Assembly (NCBI GenBank): GCA_963663385.2
Contig: CAXXXD010000004.1
Location: 512,001 to 576,000, forward strand
Direction of reading: 5' to 3'
DNA length: 64,000 nt
Origin: Oceanispirochaeta sp.
Lineage (GTDB): Bacteria; Spirochaetota; Spirochaetia; DSM-2461
Part shown: in pieces, positions 52,093 to 60,896 of the stretch
How the letters are laid out: each line of letters starts with the position of its first letter
How positions within the stretch are numbered: the stretch's first letter is position 1
Translations under genes and position numbers: made by a program
The notes under the pieces: generated by a model
Database searches by the model: none
Told to the model about the DNA's origin: nothing
The model's input: the letters and a program-made list of their open reading frames with translations, nothing else

Positions 52093-53334
52093 ATGAACGA
52101 AGTTATAAATGAACTCCATAATTTATGGGAATACCTTCATCTCCATCCGCTTTTTGCTGCCGGTGTCATTCTTGTGGCCGGTTATTATCTTGGACGTGTA
52201 GCCAGGGTACTCAAACTGCCCGAGATTACGGGGTATATCTTTGCCGGTCTACTGGTCGGAAAATCCTTCCTGCATATCGTACCGCATGAAGTGGAAGAGT
52301 CCCTCGGGATCTTCACCCAGATTGCCCTTGGGCTTATTGCGCTGACAATCGGAGGAGAATTCTCCTTCTCCAAGCTGAAGCGGCTGGGCAGGGATGTGGC
52401 TATTATTACGGTTGTACAGATTTTTTCAGCCTTTCTTATGGTTTCCCTTGCTTTATGGGTTCTGAAACTGCCTCTGCCGATTGCCCTTCTGGCCGGGGCT
52501 ATCGCCTCGGCTACAGCCCCGGCGGCCACTGTTCATATTGTGCAGACCCTGAAAGCCCACGGGACTTTTGTTGACATGCTCTACGGTGTGGTGGCTCTGG
52601 ATGATGCAGGCTGTGTTATTCTGTTCAGTGTTGTCTTTTCCCTTTCCGGTTCCATGCTGGGTATAAGCGGGGGAGACCACGGTGTTCTGTCCGCTATAGG
52701 GCATATCTTTCTGGAAATCGGACTGGGTGCCATCGGGGGATATTTCATTCACCTTGCCACCTGCCATATCCATAGCGAGAATGAAACGCAGATTATTACT
52801 CTGGGTTTCTTTTTTACCTATACGGTCCTTGTTATGGGGTTGGGGATGTCCCCGCTGCTGACCAATATGGCCGCCGGAACAATCCTGATTAATATGTCTC
52901 CCCGGAATCACAGGATTTTCAAAGCTCTCCAGCCCGTTACGCCTCCTCTGTATGCCATGTTTTTTGTTCTGGCCGGGATGGAGCTGGATCCCATGCAGTT
53001 TCTGAATCCGGTTATTCTGCTTATGGGTTCTGTCTATATTGTATTCCGGGGGGTGGGAAAATATGGCGGCGTCTATACCGGTTGTGCTCTGGTAAAGACA
53101 GATCCGCGTGTCCGAAAATACCTGGGATTCTGTATGCTGCCACAGGCCGGTGTCGCTATCGGTCTAATGGATATTGTCGCAGAAATGCATCTGGGACCGG
53201 ATGCTTCCCCCGAGGTTATCGCCTCTGTCGCCGCTTTAAACAGCATTATCCTGATGTCCGTTTTTGTAAATGAAATATTCGGACCTCCCATTTCCAAATA
53301 CGCCCTGATTCGCGGCAACAATATGGAGGAATAA
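52093..53334 (+). CDS. Cation:proton antiporter (Na_H_exchanger family)
   Basis: LPEITGYI, ASATAPAAT, VALDDA, LPQAGVAIG; about 12 TM helices. Confidence 0.88.
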   Translation: MNEVINELHNLWEYLHLHPLFAAGVILVAGYYLGRVARVLKLPEITGYIFAGLLVGKSFLHIVPHEVEESLGIFTQIALGLIALTIGGEFSFSKLKRLGRDVAIITVVQIFSAFLMVSLALWVLKLPLPIALLAGAIASATAPAATVHIVQTLKAHGTFVDMLYGVVALDDAGCVILFSVVFSLSGSMLGISGGDHGVLSAIGHIFLEIGLGAIGGYFIHLATCHIHSENETQIITLGFFFTYTVLVMGLGMSPLLTNMAAGTILINMSPRNHRIFKALQPVTPPLYAMFFVLAGMELDPMQFLNPVILLMGSVYIVFRGVGKYGGVYTGCALVKTDPRVRKYLGFCMLPQAGVAIGLMDIVAEMHLGPDASPEVIASVAALNSIILMSVFVNEIFGPPISKYALIRGNNMEE

Positions 53335-54165
53335 ATGGACCTTGCAACAATGATTCACCCCGACAGCTGCAAAGCGAATATCGCCGGGAATACAAAAAAG
53401 GAAATTCTTGAAAATCTTGCCGACCTGGCCATGAAACATCCCGCTGCTTCACAGGTTGACCGTGCGGAACTGATGAAGCGTATTTACGAGAGGGAAGAGA
53501 AAGGGTCAACCGGTATCGGCAGTCAGCTGGCTATTCCTCATTCGGAAGTTCCCGGGCTGGCCGAGTTTGTCGTTATTATAGCGACCAGTCAGAAAGGGGT
53601 CGACTTCGAAGCAATTGACAGCAAGAAAGCCCGTCTGTTCTTTATGATCCTGGCTCCTCCGGGGGAAGCCTCTGATCATCTGAAGATTCTGGCCATGATT
53701 TCCCGGACACTTTCTCTTCCCGGTGTGCGTCCTGCCATGTTGGCCGCCCCGACAGAAACAGCCCTGTTTGAAGCTTTTATGGCCAATGTCCGGCCCAGCG
53801 GAGCTGCTCCGAAAACCGAGAAAAAAGAGGACATGAGTCTACTGTCCCTGGTTCTGTTCGACCTGGATCTGATCTACGATATCCTTGAGATGTTTCTGCA
53901 GAAGGGAATCGAAGGGGCAAATATAACCGAATCCTACGGAATGGGTGAGTATATCTCCAATGTTCCTCTCTTTGCGGGATTTCTCGGGTTTATGAACGAC
54001 AGAACCAACCGCAGCAAGACGATTCAGGTTCTGATTCCCCAGTCCAGGGTCGGAGACCTGGTAGAGGGTATCGAATCCATTACGGGAGATCTGGACAAGA
54101 AACAGGGCGCGGCACTGTTTGTATCGCCTGTATCTTTATACAAAGGCACCATGAAGATGATGTAA
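53335..54165 (+). CDS. PTS EIIA(Fru/Ntr) domain fused to C-terminal PII-like domain
   Basis: EREEKGSTGIG...AIPHS, GVDF, HLKILA; C-terminus G(A)NITESYGMG...KTIQVLI...ALFVSPV. Confidence 0.8.
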   Translation: MDLATMIHPDSCKANIAGNTKKEILENLADLAMKHPAASQVDRAELMKRIYEREEKGSTGIGSQLAIPHSEVPGLAEFVVIIATSQKGVDFEAIDSKKARLFFMILAPPGEASDHLKILAMISRTLSLPGVRPAMLAAPTETALFEAFMANVRPSGAAPKTEKKEDMSLLSLVLFDLDLIYDILEMFLQKGIEGANITESYGMGEYISNVPLFAGFLGFMNDRTNRSKTIQVLIPQSRVGDLVEGIESITGDLDKKQGAALFVSPVSLYKGTMKMM

Positions 54166-54172
54166 AATGGAC

Positions 54173-54243
54173 CGGGGCTCGACTCCGCTCGCCCCTCTGT
54201 GGTTTGTACGTATAACTGGAAGGGTGAGCGAAGTCGAACCCTG
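54173..54243. repeat. REP-like inverted-repeat pair between convergent genes
   Basis: GGGCTCGACTCCGCTCGCCC ... GGGTGAGCGAAGTCGAACCC, about 24-nt spacer. Confidence 0.6.
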
Positions 54244-54279
54244 CCTCGCCTGCGGAACAAATCCCAGCCTGTTTGCGAT

Positions 54280-55167
54280 TCAGGCGTTAGAGCGGGGTCG
54301 GGACCATCGGGCGGCGATTCCGTTCGTCAGGGCATTGCCGTTCCTTGACGGGATAATCAGGTCTTTTGTTTCAATTTTATCAGGATCTATACCATCCATA
54401 CGCCCCAACTGGTCGGCCAGCATTGCTTTGCTGACTTCCGGATCATGGCAGGATATCAGGAAGAAACGGGGATCCCCCCGGAATAACTCCCGGCTCAGAT
54501 CCATCAGGGTATGGAGGTCTCTCTTTAAAACCCAGGTTTTTTTACCCGGTGCCCGGCCGAAAGCGGGGGGATCCAGGATTATACCGTGATAGGATTTCCC
54601 CCTTTTTATCTCCCTCTCCATAAACCGGATGATATCTTCAACAATAAAGCGGATGGTCTGGTTCCCAAGGGATGATGCGGCGGCATTTGTTCTGGCCCAG
54701 TTTACAGCACTTCTGGAAGCATCCAGGTGGCAGACATCAGCCCCCTTCCCCAGTTTTCCCCCCAGGGCGCTGAACAGGGTCGATCCTCCCGTATAGGCAA
54801 AGCCGTTCAATACTCTCAGGGGAGCGGGAGAATGGATTAACTGTTTTTTGATCCAGAGCCAGTTGTCAAGCTGTTCAGGGTATATCCCTATCTGTCCGTT
54901 TGATGAGAACCTGAGCTCCATCCGGATTTCATCCTGTGTATAGAAGAACAGTGTCTCCTGACTGATGTCTCCTTTGCGCGAATAGAACTCCCAGCGGCTC
55001 TCTTTTTCGCCCCGGACGAACCGGGCATCGGCCCTATCCCAATCGGCTTTCGGGAGTTTCGGGGAGAAGTCTGCCTGCGGGGCAGGGCGGTCTACAATTA
55101 CATCGCCGAAGCGTTCCAGCCTCCGGCCCTTTCCGCTGTCCAGGAATTCATAATTGGTTTCAGACAT
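54280..55167 (-). CDS. RlmI/RlmK-like class I SAM methyltransferase
   Basis: YEFLDSGKGRRLERFG, GIYPEQ, LNGFAYTGG, ILDPPAF. Confidence 0.85.
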   Translation of the reverse strand: MSETNYEFLDSGKGRRLERFGDVIVDRPAPQADFSPKLPKADWDRADARFVRGEKESRWEFYSRKGDISQETLFFYTQDEIRMELRFSSNGQIGIYPEQLDNWLWIKKQLIHSPAPLRVLNGFAYTGGSTLFSALGGKLGKGADVCHLDASRSAVNWARTNAAASSLGNQTIRFIVEDIIRFMEREIKRGKSYHGIILDPPAFGRAPGKKTWVLKRDLHTLMDLSRELFRGDPRFFLISCHDPEVSKAMLADQLGRMDGIDPDKIETKDLIIPSRNGNALTNGIAARWSRPRSNA

Positions 55168-55168
55168 A

Positions 55169-55639
55169 TCAGCAGCTTATCTCCTTGATGCCCATTTCTT
55201 TTCTTAAATGGGAGTTTATTTTGATTATCTGTTCAATCAGAGTAAAATACTCCGTCTGCTCTTTCCGGGATATGCTGGATAGGGTTTTGTCTATGTATTG
55301 CATATGTTCGGCTTTAAAATGATAAACAAGATCCTGTCCTTTCGGTGTCAAATTCAGTTCATATATCCGTTTGTCTTTTTCGCTCTGTTTTTTTTCAATA
55401 TAACCCTTCTCAATGAGTTTTTTGGCCACCGGTGTAAAAGAACCTTTTTCCAGCTGAAGAATATGGCTTATCTGCGACATGGAACTGGGGCCGTTATGAT
55501 CCAGATAGATCATTGTCTGAAGATGTGTGGGGTTGAGGCCTTCGGGGAAACTATAGAGACTGAAAAACGCTTTAAAAAACAGTCCGCTCATATCCCTTTT
55601 CAGCTGCAGTATTTTAAAAAAGTCACTCTGCCGGTCCAT
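55169..55639 (-). CDS. MarR-family regulator
   Basis: wHTH, DKRIYELNLTPKG. Confidence 0.9.
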   Translation of the reverse strand: MDRQSDFFKILQLKRDMSGLFFKAFFSLYSFPEGLNPTHLQTMIYLDHNGPSSMSQISHILQLEKGSFTPVAKKLIEKGYIEKKQSEKDKRIYELNLTPKGQDLVYHFKAEHMQYIDKTLSSISRKEQTEYFTLIEQIIKINSHLRKEMGIKEISC

Positions 55640-55661
55640 CAGACTACTCCTTTATTTTAAT

Positions 55662-57038
55662 TCAGACCTGATCCCATTTTAGCTTCATTTGCTGTTTGTG
55701 GGAATTCTCTCTTTTCCGGTAATCCGCAGCAAGGGCCAGGGCCGTTATCACAATAGCCAGGGCATCGGCTCCGGGAACGGCAGACCAGACACCGGTTAAT
55801 CCGAATCGGGGAGGGAGAACCACGAGCAGGGGTATAAGGCAGAGGAACTGTCTGAGAGTACTGAGGACAAGAGCTGTTCCGCCCTGGGCCGTTGCCTGAA
55901 AAAAGGCTATGCCCAGAATATTAACGCCTACGACGGGAAGCATCAGAAAATAGATTCCCAATCCCCGTAAAGCCATCTCCATTGTGGGTGATGCGGGAGA
56001 AATGAATAAGCCCAGAAGGAACTGTGGAAAAATCCTGAGGCAAAGGAATATAAATGTGGAAAATCCGACAGCCCAGAACATGGCCAGTTTCATGGTTTTA
56101 TTTACACGTTCATGCTGCTCCGCTCCGTGATTGAAACCGACTATTGGCTGCATCCCCTGCTGAAGGCCCATCAGCGGCATAAAGAAAAGAGTAAAAAGGC
56201 TGTTAATCGCCCCCATGGAAGTAATCGCCTGAGTTCCGCCGTACTGACTGAGTTTCTGATTCAGAAATCCCAGAGCCAGACTGTTCCCGACAGTCCCTGC
56301 AAAAGTGGCCAGGCCGGTTATGAGGATCTCTTTTATCAGGAGCGTTTTCGGGATAAAGTCCTGTTTAAACACCCGTATGGAACTCTTTCCTCTGAGGTAA
56401 AAGGAGATAAGCAGTAGAAACCCGGTAAACTGGCCGATTACAGTTGCTGCCGCCGCACCTTCTACACCCCAGTCAAAAACAATCACAAAAAGTGCATCCA
56501 GCAGAATATTCGAAAGGGCCGATAGAATCATGGCAAACATGGGAAGACGGGCCTGACCTTCCGTGCGGATCGTAAAATTGAAAACAAAGGCCAGCATATT
56601 GAACAGAAAGCCCCCCAGGATAATCCTCAGGTAGGATTTGGCCAGGATCAGGGTCTCTGCTTCTGCTCCGAACAGCTTCAGTACACTATCCATTCTCCAT
56701 TGGAGTATCAGGACCACGCAAATGTTCAACACGATTCCCAGGGTCAGGGCGTTTCCGAAAATATTTCCGGCTTTCCTGCTGTTCTTTCGTCCCAGTTCAA
56801 TAGACATCAGTGAAGCGGCTCCGCTGGCAATCAGTGTGGCCAGGGCAAAGATAATCATCATTACCGGAAAAGCTATTGTCAATCCGGCCAGTGCGTCTTC
56901 TCCGGCAAAGCGTCCTATAAATATGCGGTCTACTACGTTATATATGGCGTTCACTACCATCGCAATAATGGAAGGCAGGGAAAAAGACCAGAGAAGTCTG
57001 CCCACAGGCATATCCTGCAACTTTTTTTGTTTTTCCAT
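55662..57038 (-). CDS. MATE efflux transporter, MepA-like
   Basis: YNVVDRIFIG, QPIVGFNHGA, STLRQ. Confidence 0.92.
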   Translation of the reverse strand: MEKQKKLQDMPVGRLLWSFSLPSIIAMVVNAIYNVVDRIFIGRFAGEDALAGLTIAFPVMMIIFALATLIASGAASLMSIELGRKNSRKAGNIFGNALTLGIVLNICVVLILQWRMDSVLKLFGAEAETLILAKSYLRIILGGFLFNMLAFVFNFTIRTEGQARLPMFAMILSALSNILLDALFVIVFDWGVEGAAAATVIGQFTGFLLLISFYLRGKSSIRVFKQDFIPKTLLIKEILITGLATFAGTVGNSLALGFLNQKLSQYGGTQAITSMGAINSLFTLFFMPLMGLQQGMQPIVGFNHGAEQHERVNKTMKLAMFWAVGFSTFIFLCLRIFPQFLLGLFISPASPTMEMALRGLGIYFLMLPVVGVNILGIAFFQATAQGGTALVLSTLRQFLCLIPLLVVLPPRFGLTGVWSAVPGADALAIVITALALAADYRKRENSHKQQMKLKWDQV

Positions 57039-57056
57039 ATGGTATTATCCCCTATA

Positions 57057-57129
57057 ATGGTTAGATTTCTAACAATATAAAGAATGTAATAGTTTTATGC
57101 AGGATTGTCAATAGGTTAGATATCTAACC
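57057..57129 (-). promoter_or_regulatory. MATE promoter flanked by two GTTAG-N4-CTAAC operators
   Basis: GTTAGATTTCTAAC 57060-73; perfect GGTTAGATATCTAACC 57114-29; minus TTGACA(57111-06)-N17-TACATT(57088-83). Confidence 0.85.
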
Positions 57130-57213
57130 AAATATGGATGTTAAATCAAAAAAAGAATATGTTGTTTATTGATAAGCCGAGAGAGTATACTTGTCAGATA
57201 GAAGGAGCTGAAT

Positions 57214-58140
57214 ATGGAAAACCGCAATATATATAAAATGGATGATTTTCTGATTATCCTGTCCTACCTGATGATTCTGCCGACCCTGTTTTTTGCCTGG
57301 CCCTGGTTGAGTACTCTGCCTGAAGCTGTAGAACCCGCGACGTTTCTGAAGTCTGCCCCTTTAATACTGGGCGCCCGGTTTAATACGGTCCTGCTGTATG
57401 CGGTCGGAGTCGTGTGTGTACAGTTTTTGGGGCGTATGATCCGGTTTAAGGAAAAACAGAGTCTGAAAATACTGGACGCCCTCGGATTTTCCGGTAAATC
57501 CAGTATCAGCCAGCTGTCCATGACCACCGGCTTATCCGAGTCAAAGGTCCGGTCTCTTGCCGGAAAACTCTCCCGCATTTCATCACTGGAAATCTCTGTT
57601 GAGGATGATAAGGTTTCAAGGGGCCGTAAGAAAAGTATTTATGAAAGACCGGAATATAAAGTTCAGGATCAGTATACGGTGAAGGAGGACCGATTACAGG
57701 ACGGGACCCCCATAAGGGACTCTTCCTTTCAGGAAGACAGGGGTGCCGCGATACCCGGTCCGTTTCCCATGAAGGAACGCGGGAAAGGGGCCGCTGATAA
57801 AGATATGCCTGAGGAACTCAAGTCGATTCTGAAAGATCCGACACTGTCGATGCTGCAGAAGCTGAAAACGATTCAGGAATTCTCAAAATCTCATCCTGAT
57901 ATGAATCCGGCCGATAGGAAAAAGGCAGCGGAGTTTCTTAAACCCTCCCCCGGGGTGGTGGCAGGCAGCGGCAATAGGGGATCGGGTGAACCACCGAGAC
58001 CCAAAACATATAAATTGGTGCTGTTCGGTCTTCTGATGATGTCTCCCCTCTGGCCTGTCGCGGTTATTATGGCAATCATTTATGTTATTAAAAACAAGGA
58101 AACCCTTCTGGGTATGAAGGATTCTGTTAAAAAGCAATAA
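57214..58140 (+). CDS. Hypothetical membrane protein with putative winged-helix segment
   Basis: Two N-terminal TMs, SISQLSMTTGLSESKVRSL, low-complexity linker, C-terminal hydrophobic segment; RBS AAGGAG. Confidence 0.7.
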   Translation: MENRNIYKMDDFLIILSYLMILPTLFFAWPWLSTLPEAVEPATFLKSAPLILGARFNTVLLYAVGVVCVQFLGRMIRFKEKQSLKILDALGFSGKSSISQLSMTTGLSESKVRSLAGKLSRISSLEISVEDDKVSRGRKKSIYERPEYKVQDQYTVKEDRLQDGTPIRDSSFQEDRGAAIPGPFPMKERGKGAADKDMPEELKSILKDPTLSMLQKLKTIQEFSKSHPDMNPADRKKAAEFLKPSPGVVAGSGNRGSGEPPRPKTYKLVLFGLLMMSPLWPVAVIMAIIYVIKNKETLLGMKDSVKKQ

Positions 58141-58183
58141 ACAGGTATATATTAAAGATAAAGGATTATTCGGGAGGCATCCA

Positions 58184-59056
58184 ATGAATCAGGAAATACC
58201 GCAGGAAATAGAAGCGCATTTGATAAGGATACTGGAAGCATCCGGAGAGGACTGGAGCAGGGAAGAGGGAGCTCTTGATAAACTGGAAGCCCTCTGGTTA
58301 AAAAAGGACTCCCTTTTTGACGAACAGATCGCCCTTCTGGGAATGGAAGGAGTCGACAGCCTGGAGAAAAACGATCCCCGGGGGAAGCTGCTTTTAACTT
58401 TTTCCGGTTCTCTGGTCAGTATGGGTTATGGTGAAGAGTGCTGGATGGAATATGCCAGTATCAAACTCCGCTCGGATGTTCCGGATATTGTCCGCTGTGA
58501 TAAAACAGCCCTGTCAGAAGATCTGCACCGGGGAAAATCTGCGCAGTTCGCGAAGGGGCCTCTGAAAAAAACTTCCGCCCTGTATAAAATTGTTGTCTGT
58601 AAAGCCCATGTGTCCCCTGTGGAACAGGATAAAAGGATTCGGGAAGCAACTGTATTTCTGACGAACTCCTTTGTTCATCTGAACAGGGATCTGACCATGC
58701 CTGCGGGAGGAGAGGACCTCGAGCAGTTTAACAGGAAAAACATTATTGCCTACCTGGCAAAAAAAAGTGATTTGAGTCAGGAAAAGGTTCGTATGATTAT
58801 GGATGATTACACCTACATGCTGGAAACGGGTATGCTCCTGGGTAAGACAGTTTCCATTGGAAGGATCGGCCGGCTTTCTCTCAAGGTAAAACCCCGCCGG
58901 AAAGCACGGCTGGGACGGAATCCCGCAACCGGGGAGGAAATTACCATTCCGGCCCGGGATGCCCATATGGGGCCGCAGTTCCGTTTTTCTTCCTCCCTGA
59001 AGGAAAGAGTCGGACGTCTCCCTGTTCCGGAGGATACTCAGAATGGGGAAGAGTAG
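58184..59056 (+). CDS. HU/IHF-domain protein with about 180-aa N-terminal extension
   Basis: C-terminal RKARLGRNPATGEEITIPA...FRFSSSLKE; RBS GGAGG. Confidence 0.85.
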   Translation: MNQEIPQEIEAHLIRILEASGEDWSREEGALDKLEALWLKKDSLFDEQIALLGMEGVDSLEKNDPRGKLLLTFSGSLVSMGYGEECWMEYASIKLRSDVPDIVRCDKTALSEDLHRGKSAQFAKGPLKKTSALYKIVVCKAHVSPVEQDKRIREATVFLTNSFVHLNRDLTMPAGGEDLEQFNRKNIIAYLAKKSDLSQEKVRMIMDDYTYMLETGMLLGKTVSIGRIGRLSLKVKPRRKARLGRNPATGEEITIPARDAHMGPQFRFSSSLKERVGRLPVPEDTQNGEE

Positions 59057-59195
59057 GGTGTACCATTTGACCCGGTAAATATATATACCAGTCAGAGCTC
59101 TTCAATGCTGCCTGTAAATAAAAAAACTCCTTTTTTAAGGAGGAATTAATACTGAACATGGATAGTAAAACGATGCTGAATAATTTACGGTGGAT

Positions 59196-59924
59196 ATGAG
59201 TATAACTATATTGATTATTGAAGATCAGGATCACCTTCGGGAATATATGAAAAAGATTCTCGAACGGGAGCATTACCAGGTCTTGAGTTCTTCCAGTGGA
59301 CAGGAAGCGCTGGCTCTGCTCAGGAGTAATAATCCGGATATTATCCTTCTGGATCTGAATCTGGGAGATATGGATGGCAGAGAGATTATTACAATTCTGA
59401 GACGGCAGCATGATGAAGTCCCTATCATGATTGTTTCGAATTTTAATGAGGTCGATACCAAGGTCCACTCCTTTGATCTGGGCTGTGATGATTATCTGAC
59501 AAAGCCGTTCTATAAGGATGAACTGCTTGCCCGGATAAAACGGCTGCATACCCGGGTCAAATATGCTAAACTGACGGAAGAGCATACATTGAAGGAGAAG
59601 GAATCGTTCGGACCTTTTTCCGTTGATTACAAGACTGGTCAGATCCGGAAAAACGGACGGGGACTTGATCTCAGTCGCAAACTTTTTGACCTGATGGTTT
59701 TTTTTCTAAGGAACAGAAACCAGATAGTAAGTAAGGAACAGCTCTTAAACCGTTTCTGGTGGGATCAGGATAATCAATCCGACAATACTCTTATAGTCCA
59801 TATCCATATGCTGCGTTCTCTGATTGAGGAGACTCCCTCCAAGCCGCAATTCCTCAAGACAAAGAGAGGGATGGGGTACTTTTTCGAAATTGAAGAGGGA
59901 GAATATCCGATTCCTTCGGATTGA
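59196..59924 (+). CDS. OmpR-family response regulator
   Basis: IIED, LLDLNL, DDYLTKPF, VHIHMLR...RGMGY. Confidence 0.93.
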   Translation: MSITILIIEDQDHLREYMKKILEREHYQVLSSSSGQEALALLRSNNPDIILLDLNLGDMDGREIITILRRQHDEVPIMIVSNFNEVDTKVHSFDLGCDDYLTKPFYKDELLARIKRLHTRVKYAKLTEEHTLKEKESFGPFSVDYKTGQIRKNGRGLDLSRKLFDLMVFFLRNRNQIVSKEQLLNRFWWDQDNQSDNTLIVHIHMLRSLIEETPSKPQFLKTKRGMGYFFEIEEGEYPIPSD

Positions 59925-59957
59925 TGAAAATGCTGAATTTGTATATTTTCTTCTTCT

Positions 59958-60896
59958 ATGGACAAACCTGTCAAGTTTTTAATACTTTTCTGCTTTGCAG
60001 TATCAACTCTTTTTCTTCTGACTCTTTTTATGGTAAACCGCCATCTGATTAAATTTGTAGATAGAAACTATACACAGAACAAGGTCCTCCGGATTTCTGA
60101 TGAAATTCATGATCAGATAGAACTGGTTTTTCTGGGGGCTGATTATATCAGCCGTGATCAGTTTATTCAGAACTGGCTTGCCAGTGAATCCGATAGGGAT
60201 ATTCTCGATCGTTATCTGGAAGAATACATCTCAATTCTGGGATGCGATGCCATTGACGTGGCTTCCACCGGTTCCGGGCTGGTATATCAATCCGCTGGTA
60301 CGACGGTTCTTCTGGATAAGGAAAATGAAAGGGATGCATGGTTTTTTGATCTCCAGAGTTCGGAACAGCGCTGGGGAACCGAACTCTTTTACGATTCCCT
60401 GAAAGGGACCCTGTATATCTATTACAATGTCAAAATCCTGGATCAGCAGGGTGAAAATCTGGGGGTACTTGGATTCCTCTTATCCTATGACAATCTTTCC
60501 AGTATCCTCACCCAATTTGAGGATGATGGAATATCTGCTTATATAACGGATTCAAAGGGGGAAATCCTCGTTCATGGTGATCAGAGTCAAATAGGCAATA
60601 TTACGATATACGATTATTTTGGAAAACTTCAGGAATACAGCAGTCCTGAACTTTCGGGGAATAAAGAGCATGCGAGCGGAACCTCTTATGTCCGTTATAT
60701 CGGAAAAATGGATGCCTGTCTGATTGTGGAACAGGGCAGGTCTTTTGCGAGGTTCAGCCATATGAGTATTGTTCTCTTATCCTTTCTATTCTGGGGAATT
60801 TCATTTCTGCTGGGGTTTGTTCTGTATCGGAACTTTACAACTCACTGTCCTCAGGAACAGGGAAAAAAAGGGCGAATCCCGCGCCTCCTGAAATAG
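59958..60896 (+). CDS. Two-TM dCache-like sensor protein lacking a cytoplasmic output domain
   Basis: TM, ERDAWFF, LGVLG, AYITDSKGEILVH, TM, short tail. Confidence 0.7.
   Translation: MDKPVKFLILFCFAVSTLFLLTLFMVNRHLIKFVDRNYTQNKVLRISDEIHDQIELVFLGADYISRDQFIQNWLASESDRDILDRYLEEYISILGCDAIDVASTGSGLVYQSAGTTVLLDKENERDAWFFDLQSSEQRWGTELFYDSLKGTLYIYYNVKILDQQGENLGVLGFLLSYDNLSSILTQFEDDGISAYITDSKGEILVHGDQSQIGNITIYDYFGKLQEYSSPELSGNKEHASGTSYVRYIGKMDACLIVEQGRSFARFSHMSIVLLSFLFWGISFLLGFVLYRNFTTHCPQEQGKKGRIPRLLK

Noticed and set aside
54172..54197. tRNA/tmRNA T-arm-like GGGGCTCGACTCC
   Set aside because: No acceptor, D or anticodon arms and no CCA; better explained as half of an inverted repeat
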